This document shows, in pieces, positions 24,889 to 33,481 of a DNA stretch of 33,481 nucleotides. Both the position numbers and the translations under genes were made by a program. Every line of letters starts with the position of its first letter. Position 1 is the first letter of the stretch. A model generated the notes under the pieces. The model ran no database searches. It was not told the origin of the DNA and was given only the letters and a program-made list of their open reading frames with translations. The stretch is from an uncultured Candidatus Saccharibacteria bacterium (GTDB taxonomy: Bacteria > Patescibacteriota > Minisyncoccia > UBA6257 > CAYTHZ01), in the NCBI GenBank assembly GCA_964437745.1, contig CAYTHZ010000001.1, positions 1 through 33,481 on the forward strand, written 5' to 3'.

Positions 24889-25109
24889 GGTTTTTTCCGG
24901 AAGGCAAGTTATTAAAATTTTATGCCGCGAATTCGGCTTTTATTTTGTGTCGCAAAGAGGCAGCCATGTTAAAATAAGAAAGAAAATCGGCGGCCGCGAA
25001 ATTAATACCATAATTCATTCCTATTCATAAAGAATTGGCCAGAGGCGCTTTGCGGGGAATTTTAGAATTAGCCGAGATAGACGAGAAAGTATTTTTAGAG
25101 AAAGTCTGA
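24881..25109 (+). pseudogene. hicA: HicA-family mRNA-interferase toxin with a +1 frame break
   Basis: Frame a: MLKVFSGRQVIKILCREFGFYFVSQRGSHVKIRKKIGGREINTII, then stop at 25028. Frame b from about 25017: IPIHKELARGALRGILELAEIDEKVFLEKV*. Together they form a full-length HicA. Confidence 0.75.
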
Positions 25110-25115
25110 AGTGTT

Positions 25116-25777
25116 ATGTCGCAACCAAACAATTCTAAGGAAAATTTTTTTGAGAAAGCGGTCAAGAATAGTATTTCTTTTTTGGAAAAACAAGCAAGAT
25201 CGCTGCTTACTTTTAGCATATTGGATTTATTTTCGGCAGCCGCAGTTTTTTTGTTGCTTCTTGTTGCCAATTTAGATTTTAGGAGAATATTTGCTGGAGA
25301 TGCGATAATGGCGGTTTTAGTCGCTATTGGTTTCGGTGGAGGAATTTTTTGGTCAATATTTTATTTTTTAAAAATGGAGACGATATCAGTCCAAAGGAAA
25401 AAAATGATGATAGTCTTTGCTGCATCTTTTATGGACTTGCATCTTTTATGGCGGGTGACGCGTTGTTAGAAAATAAATCTATGAATGGCATATTATGGAT
25501 TTTTCCCGCCATTAACATGGTTTATGGTTTGTTTTTATTATCGTGCGTGAAAAGCGATAGCAGGTTTTTAAATAAATTTTCTTCAATACCCGAAGAGCCT
25601 ATAACAATAAAGCAAAAAGCGGCTAATATTATAATTCTGGTGGCGATATTTTTTTACCATCAATTTGTTTTAAGATTAGACTGGGCTCTTACTGCTTCAA
25701 TTTCTTTGGGTTACGCGGCAATGTTTAATAAATTAATAACTAGAACGCTGAAAAAACCCGCGCGTATGGAAAGTTGA
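25116..25777 (+). pseudogene. Multi-pass membrane protein with its frame broken at a T/A homopolymer (frameshifted, or -1 recoding)
   Basis: ORF 25116..25469 supplies the N-terminal TM helices and ORF 25349..25777 (-1 frame) supplies the C-terminal ones. They join cleanly at TAT TTT TTA AAA. Confidence 0.5.
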
Positions 25778-25917
25778 AAATTTTGTGAGCAATCGGGATA
25801 TCGGTTTCTTGATAAACTTTTATTTTAAAATGTTAAAAAAATAGATACTAGCAATAAATGATTGGCGATAAAAATTTAATTTTTCGTTGTATATCTTAAA
25901 ATTGTTTAGTTAATAAT

Positions 25918-27189
25918 TTGCATCGCGAACTTGTTACAAAAATTGAAGGCCATGCGGACCTTCATATAGATTGGGAAGGGAATAATGTTGTTGTGGAAGT
26001 CGTTGAGTCCGAACGGCTTTTTGAGGGCATGCTTGTCGGCAGGCCGGTAGAGGAATTGGCGTGGATTACGCCGCGGATTTGCGGAATTTGTTCCACTTCC
26101 CATACTTTGGCTTCGCTTTGCGCCATTGAAAAAACCTTAGGATTGGATTTAAAACCGGAAACGATTTTAATGAGAAAATTAATGTTAAATAGCCAGATTA
26201 TCCAAAGCCATCCCGTGCATCTTTATTATTTGGTTTTGCCGGATTATTTAGGGCTGGATTCGGGATTGGATTTAAAAGCGAAATATCCTAAATATTTTGA
26301 TATTGTAAGCGAAATTAAAGAGGTGTATGATGATTTAACTCATACCATTGGCGGCCGCAGGCTGTTGCCGACTACCACAAAAATTGATTCTCCCGCTAAT
26401 TTGCCGCCGATTAAAAAACTGGAAGATTTAAAAAAGCGGATGGTAAAATCTATTCCCCTTATTGAAAAGACGATAAATATATTCGGCGCGCTTGATTATC
26501 CGAAATTAGATTTTGAAATGTTTTACGCTTCTCAAATAAATGGCAGCGAATATTGCGTTTATGGCGGCAAATATATTAAAGCAGTTGATAAAAAAAGAAT
26601 GGCGGTTTATGGCAATAAATCGGCCATAGCTGATTATCGCGATATTATTGAAGAAAAAGCGAAAGATGTCCCGGCAAAATACGGTTATGTCTCAGGCAAG
26701 CCGGCAATGGTTGGCGCCTTGGCAAGGCTGGCGGTTCAGGGGCAATTTATTAAAGATAAAGAAGTTTTGCGGCATTTAAAAAAATATCCGTTGAATTTTG
26801 AAAGTCCGTTTTATAATAATTCCGCGCAAGCCATAGAAATGCTTTTATTGGCTAATGAGTCTGTTTTTATTTTAGATAAATTAATAAAAATGACGGCGTC
26901 TAATAAAAAATTTCAATCTAAAATATCATCGCAGGAAATAAAAAGAAGGGGATTGGGAGCGGTGGAAGCTCCTCGCGGAGGATTATATCACGAAATTGTT
27001 GTTGATGAAAAAGGTATAATTGAAGAAGTGAATATTATAACTCCCACAGTTCAAAATTTAAGCTCTTTGGAAACAACGGCGCAGTCGTTGATTAAACAAA
27101 CAACTTCTTTATCAAAAAATAAAAGAAAGCATCTTTTGGAAATGCTTATCAGGAGCTATGATCCGTGCTTGACTTGCGCGGTACATTAG
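25918..27189 (+). CDS. hydA: [NiFe] hydrogenase large (alpha) subunit, HydA-like
   Basis: N-terminal RICGICSTSH and C-terminal DPCLTCAVH Ni-Fe ligand motifs. TTG start. The protein ends exactly at the His. Confidence 0.9.
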   Translation: MHRELVTKIEGHADLHIDWEGNNVVVEVVESERLFEGMLVGRPVEELAWITPRICGICSTSHTLASLCAIEKTLGLDLKPETILMRKLMLNSQIIQSHPVHLYYLVLPDYLGLDSGLDLKAKYPKYFDIVSEIKEVYDDLTHTIGGRRLLPTTTKIDSPANLPPIKKLEDLKKRMVKSIPLIEKTINIFGALDYPKLDFEMFYASQINGSEYCVYGGKYIKAVDKKRMAVYGNKSAIADYRDIIEEKAKDVPAKYGYVSGKPAMVGALARLAVQGQFIKDKEVLRHLKKYPLNFESPFYNNSAQAIEMLLLANESVFILDKLIKMTASNKKFQSKISSQEIKRRGLGAVEAPRGGLYHEIVVDEKGIIEEVNIITPTVQNLSSLETTAQSLIKQTTSLSKNKRKHLLEMLIRSYDPCLTCAVH

Positions 27190-27242
27190 GCCCGTTGCCT
27201 TGCGGGCGCGGCGGGATAAATTAAAAAAAATTGCGTAAAAAT

Positions 27243-27593
27243 ATGCTTTTAGCGGTTAAAAAATTTATCACAAAAAATATTTTTTGGTTGTTATCGGCCG
27301 CTTCGCTTATAATAATCGTAGGATATTTCTTTTTGGTTTATTTTTATTTTGGCAATTTTCCTCCGCCAATAGCGGTGTATATGCAGCAGCCGATGGGAGA
27401 AAAATTGCTGGGCGAGATAGGCGATCTTTATAAGTACGGCATTTTGGGATTGGTTATTTTTTGCGTCAATTTTGGATTAGGATATTTTTTAAGAAACAGG
27501 ATTAATAACGTATCAATCCTTTTAGCGTTTTTTAATTTGATAATACAAATTTTATTGTTTATAATTTTAATGCAGATATATTCAATTAATTAG
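27243..27593 (+). CDS. Hypothetical integral membrane protein
   Basis: About 116 aa with 3-4 hydrophobic helices. Alternative TTG start at 27231. Confidence 0.5.
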   Translation: MLLAVKKFITKNIFWLLSAASLIIIVGYFFLVYFYFGNFPPPIAVYMQQPMGEKLLGEIGDLYKYGILGLVIFCVNFGLGYFLRNRINNVSILLAFFNLIIQILLFIILMQIYSIN

Positions 27594-27597
27594 AAGC

Positions 27598-27664
27598 TAG
27601 AAAATAGAAAGTAGAATTTTAAAAATAAGATTCTATTTTCTAAATTCTAGATTCTAAATTCTAA
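27598..27664 (+). repeat. 12-bp inverted repeat followed by three ATTCTA(A/G) heptamers upstream of rplU
   Basis: TAGAAAATAGAA (27598-609) pairs with TTCTATTTTCTA (27631-42). ATTCTAG, ATTCTAA, ATTCTAA occupy 27644-27664. The ATG is at 27672. Confidence 0.85.
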
Positions 27665-27671
27665 TTTTATT

Positions 27672-28001
27672 ATGTTGGCAGTCATTAAAACCGGCGGCAA
27701 ACAATATATTGTTTCGCCCAACCAAATATTTAAAGTTGAAAAAATAATCGGGAAAATGGGCGATAAAATATTTTTAAAGGATGTTTTGCTTTTTTCCGAT
27801 GGAAAACAAATTGAAATAGGCAAGCCTCTTTTGGCGGGATATGCGGCTGAGGCGGAAATTTTAAAACAAGGAAGAGAGAGGAAAAAAATAGTATTTCGCT
27901 ACCATTCTAAAACGCGATATAGAAAAACGAAAGGGCACAGGCAGGAATACACTCAATTGAAAATTTTAAACATTAGACCTGTTGAAAAACGCCATGGGTA
28001 A
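27672..28001 (+). CDS. rplU: 50S ribosomal protein L21
   Basis: MLAVIKTGGKQYIVSPNQIFKVEKI...KIVFRYHSKTRYRKTKGHRQEYTQLKI. Confidence 0.93.
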   Translation: MLAVIKTGGKQYIVSPNQIFKVEKIIGKMGDKIFLKDVLLFSDGKQIEIGKPLLAGYAAEAEILKQGRERKKIVFRYHSKTRYRKTKGHRQEYTQLKILNIRPVEKRHG

Positions 28002-28494
28002 GCGCCCCAACCATCTTTTTAAAAAAGCGGCAATGGCAATATTGCTGCTTTTGTTTTTTTTAATAATTTTTGCGTCCCCAAGCGATGCTCAAAATATCAA
28101 CAATGCGAAATTAATATTAAAAAAAATAGAAGAAATCCAAAGGCAAATAGATTTATTATGGCAGAGCTATTTTAAAATGGTGGCGGAAATGCCAATTATA
28201 CAAGAAATCCAAGATAAGTTTAAAAGTGATTTAAAGTTCGGCGATGAGGGGGCGGAAGTTGTTGCGCTTCAAGAGTTGCTGTCTGATTCCGAAATAATCG
28301 GTTCAAATATTTACCCGGAAAAATTAAAAACCGGATATTTTGGAAGATTAACTGATGCGGCGGTCCGGAGATTCCAAAAAAGCCGCGGCATTGATGAAAG
28401 CGGCGTTTTAGATGGACCAACTCGTAAAATTTTAAACGATTTATATTTTATGAAAACGGAGCGAGATTGGATGAAAAATCAAAAATCATTTTGA
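27994..28494 (+). CDS. Exported protein with a peptidoglycan-binding (PG_binding_1) domain
   Basis: Signal/TM segment AAMAILLLLFFLIIFASPSDAQ. GDEGAEVVALQELL...GYFGRLTDAAVRRFQKSRGIDESGVLDGPTRKIL. The ATG overlaps the rplU stop by 8 nt (alternative TTG at 27982). Confidence 0.7.
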   Translation: MGKRPNHLFKKAAMAILLLLFFLIIFASPSDAQNINNAKLILKKIEEIQRQIDLLWQSYFKMVAEMPIIQEIQDKFKSDLKFGDEGAEVVALQELLSDSEIIGSNIYPEKLKTGYFGRLTDAAVRRFQKSRGIDESGVLDGPTRKILNDLYFMKTERDWMKNQKSF

Positions 28495-28596
28495 AACATT
28501 TTTCTATAAATTTTTTATTTTTCCCGTTTTTGTTATTTGCGTAATATGTTTTCGTTATAAATAGGTTTTAACTTTTTAATTTAAGGTTTAGAAAAT

Positions 28597-28636
28597 TTAC
28601 TCGCTTATTGAGACGATCGTTAACATAAGCGAGTAA
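28597..28636. other. 12-bp perfect hairpin with a palindromic loop
   Basis: TTACTCGCTTAT (28597-608) pairs with ATAAGCGAGTAA (28625-36). The loop contains ACGATCGT. Confidence 0.6.
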
Positions 28637-28649
28637 TGGATTGAAACAA

Positions 28650-28678
28650 AAAACCTCGCGCAAAGCGAGGCTTTTTTT
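28650..28678. terminator. Bidirectional intrinsic terminator between convergent genes
   Basis: CCTCGC (28654-59) pairs with GCGAGG (28665-70), flanked by an A-run and a T-run. Confidence 0.65.
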
Positions 28679-28731
28679 ACAACCAGTTTATTTTTTTGAA
28701 TAATAATATATTAACATATTTTAATTAAATA

Positions 28732-29811
28732 TTAATCTTCTTTTGGCTTATCTAATAGTTCCGGTTCAATATTCATTGTTTCGCCGGTGATTTTGACCAC
28801 ATCTTTGTCAATTTTTCCGAATTCTTTATAGGCGCTGTTGTAAGCGCTTACGGTGGTTCCAAGATTTTTTCCCATTTTTTGCATATAGTCGTCAAAATTT
28901 AATAAATGTTTCCTGAGATTTTCCACTTGCTTGATAATTTCTTTTGTTTGTTCTGATATTTTTTGATTTTTTAATCCCTGAAGCACCGTTTGCAAGTACG
29001 CTAAAAATGAAGTGGGGGATACCACGATTACTCTTTTTTTTCCGGCATAATTTATTAAATTATTTGTGTCATCGGCTGTGGCGCCAACTTTATTTATTAA
29101 CAAGTCGTAATAAACTGCTTCGGACGGTATAAACATAAAAGCAAAGTCCATGGTATTTTCTTCGGGTTTTACATATTTTGATGTTTCGTCAATCCTGGTT
29201 TTTAAATCGGATATAACCGCAGCTTCATACTTTTTCTTTTCCGTGGGTTCTTTTGCTTCCAAAATTCTGTTATAATTTTCCAAACTGAATTTTGAATCAA
29301 TTGGGATAATTCTTTTATCCACAAAAACCGCGGCATCTACGATAATTCCGTCGGAAAAGGCGTATTGCATTTGGTAGGTTCCCGGGGGAAGAACGTTTTT
29401 CAAAACGGTTTCCAAATAATATTCTCCTAATATGCCTCTTTGTTTGGGATTTTTCAAAATATCCTGAAGGTTTTTTAATTGATCGGCGAAATTAACCACT
29501 TGTTTATTAGTTTCGTCTAGTTTTGTTAATCGTTCTGCAAGCTCCCTGTTATTTTTATTGACGTTTTCGATGATTTTGGCATACTCGCTGAATTGGTTTT
29601 GCAGCGTTTTGTTTGATTCGCCCATTCCGGAATGCACGGCGCGGCCTATTTCATTTATTTGATTTTGCAAAAAAGATAAGGCGGTTTTTTCGTTTTCTTT
29701 TTCGTTTTGTCGCTCAATCGCTTGGCGGGAAAGATATCTGCGGAATAGTAAAAATATGGCGGCAAAGCCGATAATAATGGCAATTAAAATAATGATCAAT
29801 GATGTTTCCAT
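28732..29811 (-). CDS. rmuC: DNA recombination protein RmuC
   Basis: N-terminal TM helix, long coiled coil, then a conserved nuclease-like core (GEYYLETVLKNVLPPG...VDAAVFVDKRIIPIDSKFSLENY...FMFIPSEAVYY). Confidence 0.88.
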   Translation of the reverse strand: METSLIIILIAIIIGFAAIFLLFRRYLSRQAIERQNEKENEKTALSFLQNQINEIGRAVHSGMGESNKTLQNQFSEYAKIIENVNKNNRELAERLTKLDETNKQVVNFADQLKNLQDILKNPKQRGILGEYYLETVLKNVLPPGTYQMQYAFSDGIIVDAAVFVDKRIIPIDSKFSLENYNRILEAKEPTEKKKYEAAVISDLKTRIDETSKYVKPEENTMDFAFMFIPSEAVYYDLLINKVGATADDTNNLINYAGKKRVIVVSPTSFLAYLQTVLQGLKNQKISEQTKEIIKQVENLRKHLLNFDDYMQKMGKNLGTTVSAYNSAYKEFGKIDKDVVKITGETMNIEPELLDKPKED

Positions 29812-29898
29812 AGTAATTCACGAATAGCGACGAATTTGGTTGACGAATGCCGACGAATTCGTTGTTGTTCGTTTTAGATTTATTGCTATTGGCGGAAT

Positions 29899-31092
29899 CT
29901 ATGACAACTCTTTTTTTAGCTCTTCCAGCAATTCTTTGGCTTTTTTAGAGAGCTTGGTCGGAGTTTTTATTTCTATTTCTATTAAAAGATTTCCTCTGCC
30001 AAAAGAACTGAATTTTGGCATTCCTTTGCTTTTAATTCTTAAAATAGATCCGGAAGAAATGCCGGCGGGAATTTCTATCTCAGCTGTTTTTCCTTCTATC
30101 AGCGGAATTTCTATTTTATCGCCCAGTCCGGCTTGAGCGATGTTGATTGTTTTTTTCAGGCATAAATCATCTCCGTCTCTTTTAAAAATGTGATGGGGTT
30201 TTATTAAAATTACGATAAAAAGATCTCCGGCTTTGGCGTTTTTTTCTCCGGCATTGCCGGCGCCGATTATTTTAATTATTTGTTCGTTTTTGATGCCGGG
30301 TTTTATGTCAATATCAAGGCGTTTTTCTTTATTGATTAATCCTTTGCCGCGGCATAAAGCGCAGGGGTTTTTGGCGATTTTCCCGCCGCCTTGGCATTTG
30401 CGGCATTCCACAATATTAGAAAAAGCGCCGAAAAACGTAGCTTTTGTTTCTTTAATTTTTCCTTTGCCGCCGCATTCAGAGCAGGTGATTATGTCGGATT
30501 TATTTTTGGCTCCCGCGCCGCCGCATTCTTCGCAATACCAGCGTGCCTGGGCAAACGACAAATATCCGCGACAACGCCCGCCTCGGCCTGCTTGGCCGCC
30601 GCCGCATTCTTCGCAAATACTTTGCGCATCGTAGAAAATAGTTTCTTTTTTTCCGAAAAACGCCTCTTCAAGCATAATGTTGATTTTTGCGGTTATATCC
30701 GAGCCGCGTTTTTGACTCGGCCTTTCTCTTGTAAATCCAAATCCGCTAAAAATATTTTCAAATAAATCTTCCGTTCCGCCGAAATCTTCAAAACCGAAAG
30801 AAGAAAAACCTTTTCTTAAATCCTCTTCTGTAAATGTTCGGCTTCTGCTTTGGGAAAAAGGGCTGCCAAATCCTCCCGCGCCGTCAAATGTTTGGCCGAA
30901 TCTGTCGTATTGTTCGCGCTTTTGCTTGTTGGAAAGAATTTGGTATGCTTCGTTTATCTTTTTGAACTTTTCTTCGTTTCCGCCAGGTCTGTCGGGATGA
31001 TAAAGATGGGCCATTTTACGATAGGCTTTTTTAATTTCTTCTTCGGAAGCGTTTTTGTCAATTCCCAGAGTTTTATAGTAATTGTTTTCCAT
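29899..31092 (-). CDS. dnaJ: Molecular chaperone DnaJ
   Basis: J domain [31 protein letters not shown], a G/F region and CxxCxGxG zinc-finger repeats. Confidence 0.92.
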   Translation of the reverse strand: MENNYYKTLGIDKNASEEEIKKAYRKMAHLYHPDRPGGNEEKFKKINEAYQILSNKQKREQYDRFGQTFDGAGGFGSPFSQSRSRTFTEEDLRKGFSSFGFEDFGGTEDLFENIFSGFGFTRERPSQKRGSDITAKINIMLEEAFFGKKETIFYDAQSICEECGGGQAGRGGRCRGYLSFAQARWYCEECGGAGAKNKSDIITCSECGGKGKIKETKATFFGAFSNIVECRKCQGGGKIAKNPCALCRGKGLINKEKRLDIDIKPGIKNEQIIKIIGAGNAGEKNAKAGDLFIVILIKPHHIFKRDGDDLCLKKTINIAQAGLGDKIEIPLIEGKTAEIEIPAGISSGSILRIKSKGMPKFSSFGRGNLLIEIEIKTPTKLSKKAKELLEELKKELS

Positions 31093-31249
31093 GATTTTGT
31101 AAGACCTTTTGTGAAATATTGGGTGATTTAATCTGCGTTCGCCCGGAAATGAAAACCTTGTTTTTAATATAATCCACGAATGGCAGCGAATTCTAAAACA
31201 AATGACAACGAAACAGGGGCGAAAAAACCGCGAAAATTATATAGAGGTT

Positions 31250-32332
31250 TTATAATTCTACTTTTTCTTTCAAAGTGTTCGCGCTTGTTATTTTTAGAAA
31301 TCCATTGGCAATAAGCAATTCATAAATCAAAAATCCCGTTATAAGAGCGATCCACCCCAAAACAATACTGACGCTTTTAGCGGTCAATGCGATAATTGCG
31401 ATGATGGCAACTAATATGTAATTTTGCGTCTTCAAAGAAGCTTTGCGGTATTGTGAAAGCGCCATTGTATAGGTAAATTCATTTAATTTTTCTTGCCCCG
31501 ATATTTTAATGCCCAGCTTTGAAGAAAGTCCTTCTTTGTATTGTTCAGCAATTGATTGATTGTTTATGGTTGCTAACATTTTGTTTATATTTTCTCCTAC
31601 AAAAGCATATTCCGGAACAACGCCTAAATCGGAGAGTTGCTTGAGATAAGTTTCTGTTTTCGGTTTTTGTCCGGATAATTGCTGTTCGGCTTGTTTTTGG
31701 ATAAATTCATCTACCGTCATATTCCAGTTAAAATTAGGAATAAAATATTTAACTGCCGGAGTAGCCGATTGAAGTATTTTATTAAAACTGTTTTCATTAA
31801 TCAATAATCCCAGTTTAAATTGAGGAGAAAAATATAAAAGCGCGGCGATTACAAAGGTTAAAGACCAGAAAAAAAATTTAAGCCCGCAGCTTCCTATCTT
31901 CCACCATTTTATTTTTATAATATTTGCCGCCTCATTTTTTATTTTGCGGCTTCCCCACAGCCAAAGCGCGGCTGATATGAAAAAACACGCGATAAATATC
32001 CAAATATTTTTTAAAACGCTTCCCCAATTTAAAAATAACGGAAAATATAATAAAACCGTTCCGATTATGGAATATAAAATTAAAAATCTATAAGAACCGA
32101 CAGCCAGCGAAGTTATATTGAAAATAATGGCGGAAATTAATATTGCTGCTAAAAAAAATGGATAGGCGCTGAAATTTTTTTCGTATATAATTTGCCAAAA
32201 GTAATAGCCGATTACAAAGCTCGCGATGGAGGCGATTAAAAAAATGACCGTTTTTTTTAAAAATATTTCGGATATTTTTTTTTGATGAGCTTGAAAAGTG
32301 GAGATCTCCATGTATGAAAGACTACGGACCAT
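31250..32332 (-). CDS. Hypothetical polytopic membrane protein between dnaK and dnaJ
   Basis: 360 aa with about 6 N-terminal TM helices, a soluble segment and a C-terminal TM pair. No family recognised. Confidence 0.55.
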   Translation of the reverse strand: MVRSLSYMEISTFQAHQKKISEIFLKKTVIFLIASIASFVIGYYFWQIIYEKNFSAYPFFLAAILISAIIFNITSLAVGSYRFLILYSIIGTVLLYFPLFLNWGSVLKNIWIFIACFFISAALWLWGSRKIKNEAANIIKIKWWKIGSCGLKFFFWSLTFVIAALLYFSPQFKLGLLINENSFNKILQSATPAVKYFIPNFNWNMTVDEFIQKQAEQQLSGQKPKTETYLKQLSDLGVVPEYAFVGENINKMLATINNQSIAEQYKEGLSSKLGIKISGQEKLNEFTYTMALSQYRKASLKTQNYILVAIIAIIALTAKSVSIVLGWIALITGFLIYELLIANGFLKITSANTLKEKVEL

Positions 32333-32409
32333 CGTCTACTGACTATAATAATGATTCAAGACTCATAATAATCTGTAGTCGGCGGTCTGTTGGCTGTGGG
32401 CTGATTTTA

Positions 32410-33481
32410 TTATTCCTTTTCTTTATATTTTACATCTTCCGGGCCTTTATTGTCTACTTTTTCTTCATTTTGTTCGGAGGATTCAGGTTGTTTTTTATAG
32501 AGAGATTCGCCGATTTTTTGGATAGCTCGGGAAAGATTTTCTGCCGCTGTTTTAATGTCTGCGGAATTATCGCCTTCCTTTGCTTTTTTTAATTCGTTTA
32601 TTTTTTCCTCTATTTCTTGTTTTATTTCTTCGGAAATTTTTCCTTCGGCGTCTTTAAGGCTTTTTTCGGAAACATAAACAAGGTTGTCTGCCATATTTTT
32701 GGCTTCTACCGTTTCTTTTTTCTTTTGGTCTTCCGCGGCGAACTGTTCGGCGTCGGATTTCATTTTTTCTATTTGCTCTTTTGAGAGTCCGGTAGAAGCT
32801 TCAATTCGGACTGATTGCGTTTTGCCGGTAGCTTTGTCTTTGGCTTTAACGTTTAAAATTCCGTTGGCGTCAATATCAAATGTTACTTCAACTTGCGGCA
32901 TGCCTCTTGGCGCCGGCGGGATGCCGTCTAAAATAAATCTCGCCAAGGTCTTGTTGTCCGCCGCCATATTTCTTTCGCCTTGGACAACATGAATTTCAAC
33001 CGATGGCTGATTATCCGAAGCAGTTGAAAAAATCTGGGTTTTTGACGTCGGGACCGTGGTGTTTTTGGCTATCATCGGAGTCGCTATTCCTCCTAAAGTT
33101 TCAATGCCTAAGCTCAAAGGCGTCACATCTAAAAGCAAAACGTCTTTTACTTCGCCCTGTAATATTCCTCCTTGGATTGCCGCGCCCAATGACACCACTT
33201 CATCCGGATTTATGTCGCGATGCGGCTCTCTGTTGAAAAGATCTTTTACCTTTTGCTGGATTTTCGGCATTCTGGTTTGTCCGCCCACCATTATAACTTC
33301 ATCTATGTCTTGAATTTGAAAATTGCATTCTTTGACGGTTTGTTTTACCAATTCAACGGAGCGGTCAATATAATCCATAACCAGTTCTTCCAGTTTGGCT
33401 CTGGTTAATTTTAAAAGAAAATGTTTTGGTCCATGGGCGTCGGATGTGATAAAAGGCAAGTTTACCTCCGTTTCCATGGCG
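32410..33481 (-). CDS. dnaK: Molecular chaperone DnaK (C-terminal ~357 aa; 5' end lies outside the window)
   Basis: [87 protein letters not shown]. The frame stays open to the window end. Confidence 0.95.
   Translation of the reverse strand, partial: AMETEVNLPFITSDAHGPKHFLLKLTRAKLEELVMDYIDRSVELVKQTVKECNFQIQDIDEVIMVGGQTRMPKIQQKVKDLFNREPHRDINPDEVVSLGAAIQGGILQGEVKDVLLLDVTPLSLGIETLGGIATPMIAKNTTVPTSKTQIFSTASDNQPSVEIHVVQGERNMAADNKTLARFILDGIPPAPRGMPQVEVTFDIDANGILNVKAKDKATGKTQSVRIEASTGLSKEQIEKMKSDAEQFAAEDQKKKETVEAKNMADNLVYVSEKSLKDAEGKISEEIKQEIEEKINELKKAKEGDNSADIKTAAENLSRAIQKIGESLYKKQPESSEQNEEKVDNKGPEDVKYKEKE

Noticed and set aside
27190-27230. GCCCG/CGGGC hairpin after hydA as an intrinsic terminator
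   Set aside because: It is followed by an A-run rather than a U-run on the plus strand, and the stem is weak (5 bp).
30233-30765. 133-aa and 124-aa plus-strand ORFs plus a 60-aa minus ORF in the GC-rich part of dnaJ
   Set aside because: They are shadow frames of the Gly/Cys-codon-rich zinc-finger region of dnaJ and are Pro/Ala/Arg-rich nonsense.

Overview
AT-rich (roughly one-third G+C by eye), tightly packed bacterial fragment with short intergenic gaps. The gene set looks like a small-genome uncultivated bacterium (CPR/Patescibacteria-like); that placement is inference only. Recognisable genes: a Lon-like protease 3' end, two HExxH metalloprotease-like ORFs, proline dehydrogenase, alanine dehydrogenase, ychF, a YtxH protein, panB, a Cys-repeat/CARDB surface protein, an FMN-type glutamate-synthase-like protein, murD, arfB, an alkaline-phosphatase-family protein, yebC, a HAD hydrolase, gap, a D-2-hydroxyacid dehydrogenase, an FtsB/DivIC-like protein, a four-subunit group-3b-type [NiFe] hydrogenase (beta-gamma-delta ... 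alpha), rplU, a PG-binding protein, rmuC, dnaJ and a partial dnaK. No CRISPR array, rRNA, transposase or integrase is visible. The most unusual locus is 20167-20597. A complete tRNA-Ile(UAU) gene sits at the tip of a long helix that replaces the anticodon loop of a second, otherwise canonical tRNA gene. Two progressively decayed tandem copies of the combined 3' parts follow it. Second, the hydrogenase operon is split between the delta and alpha subunit genes by about 1.3 kb carrying hicB, a frameshifted hicA and a frame-broken membrane-protein gene. Two of the frame breaks in the window lie exactly on classical -1 slippery heptamers (A_AAA_AAG and U_UUU_UUA). Several intergenic regions carry period-7 tandem repeats just upstream of start codons, and clustered ACGAAT motifs recur. 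All calls rest on reading the translations and hand-checking base pairs; no searches or folding programs were run.
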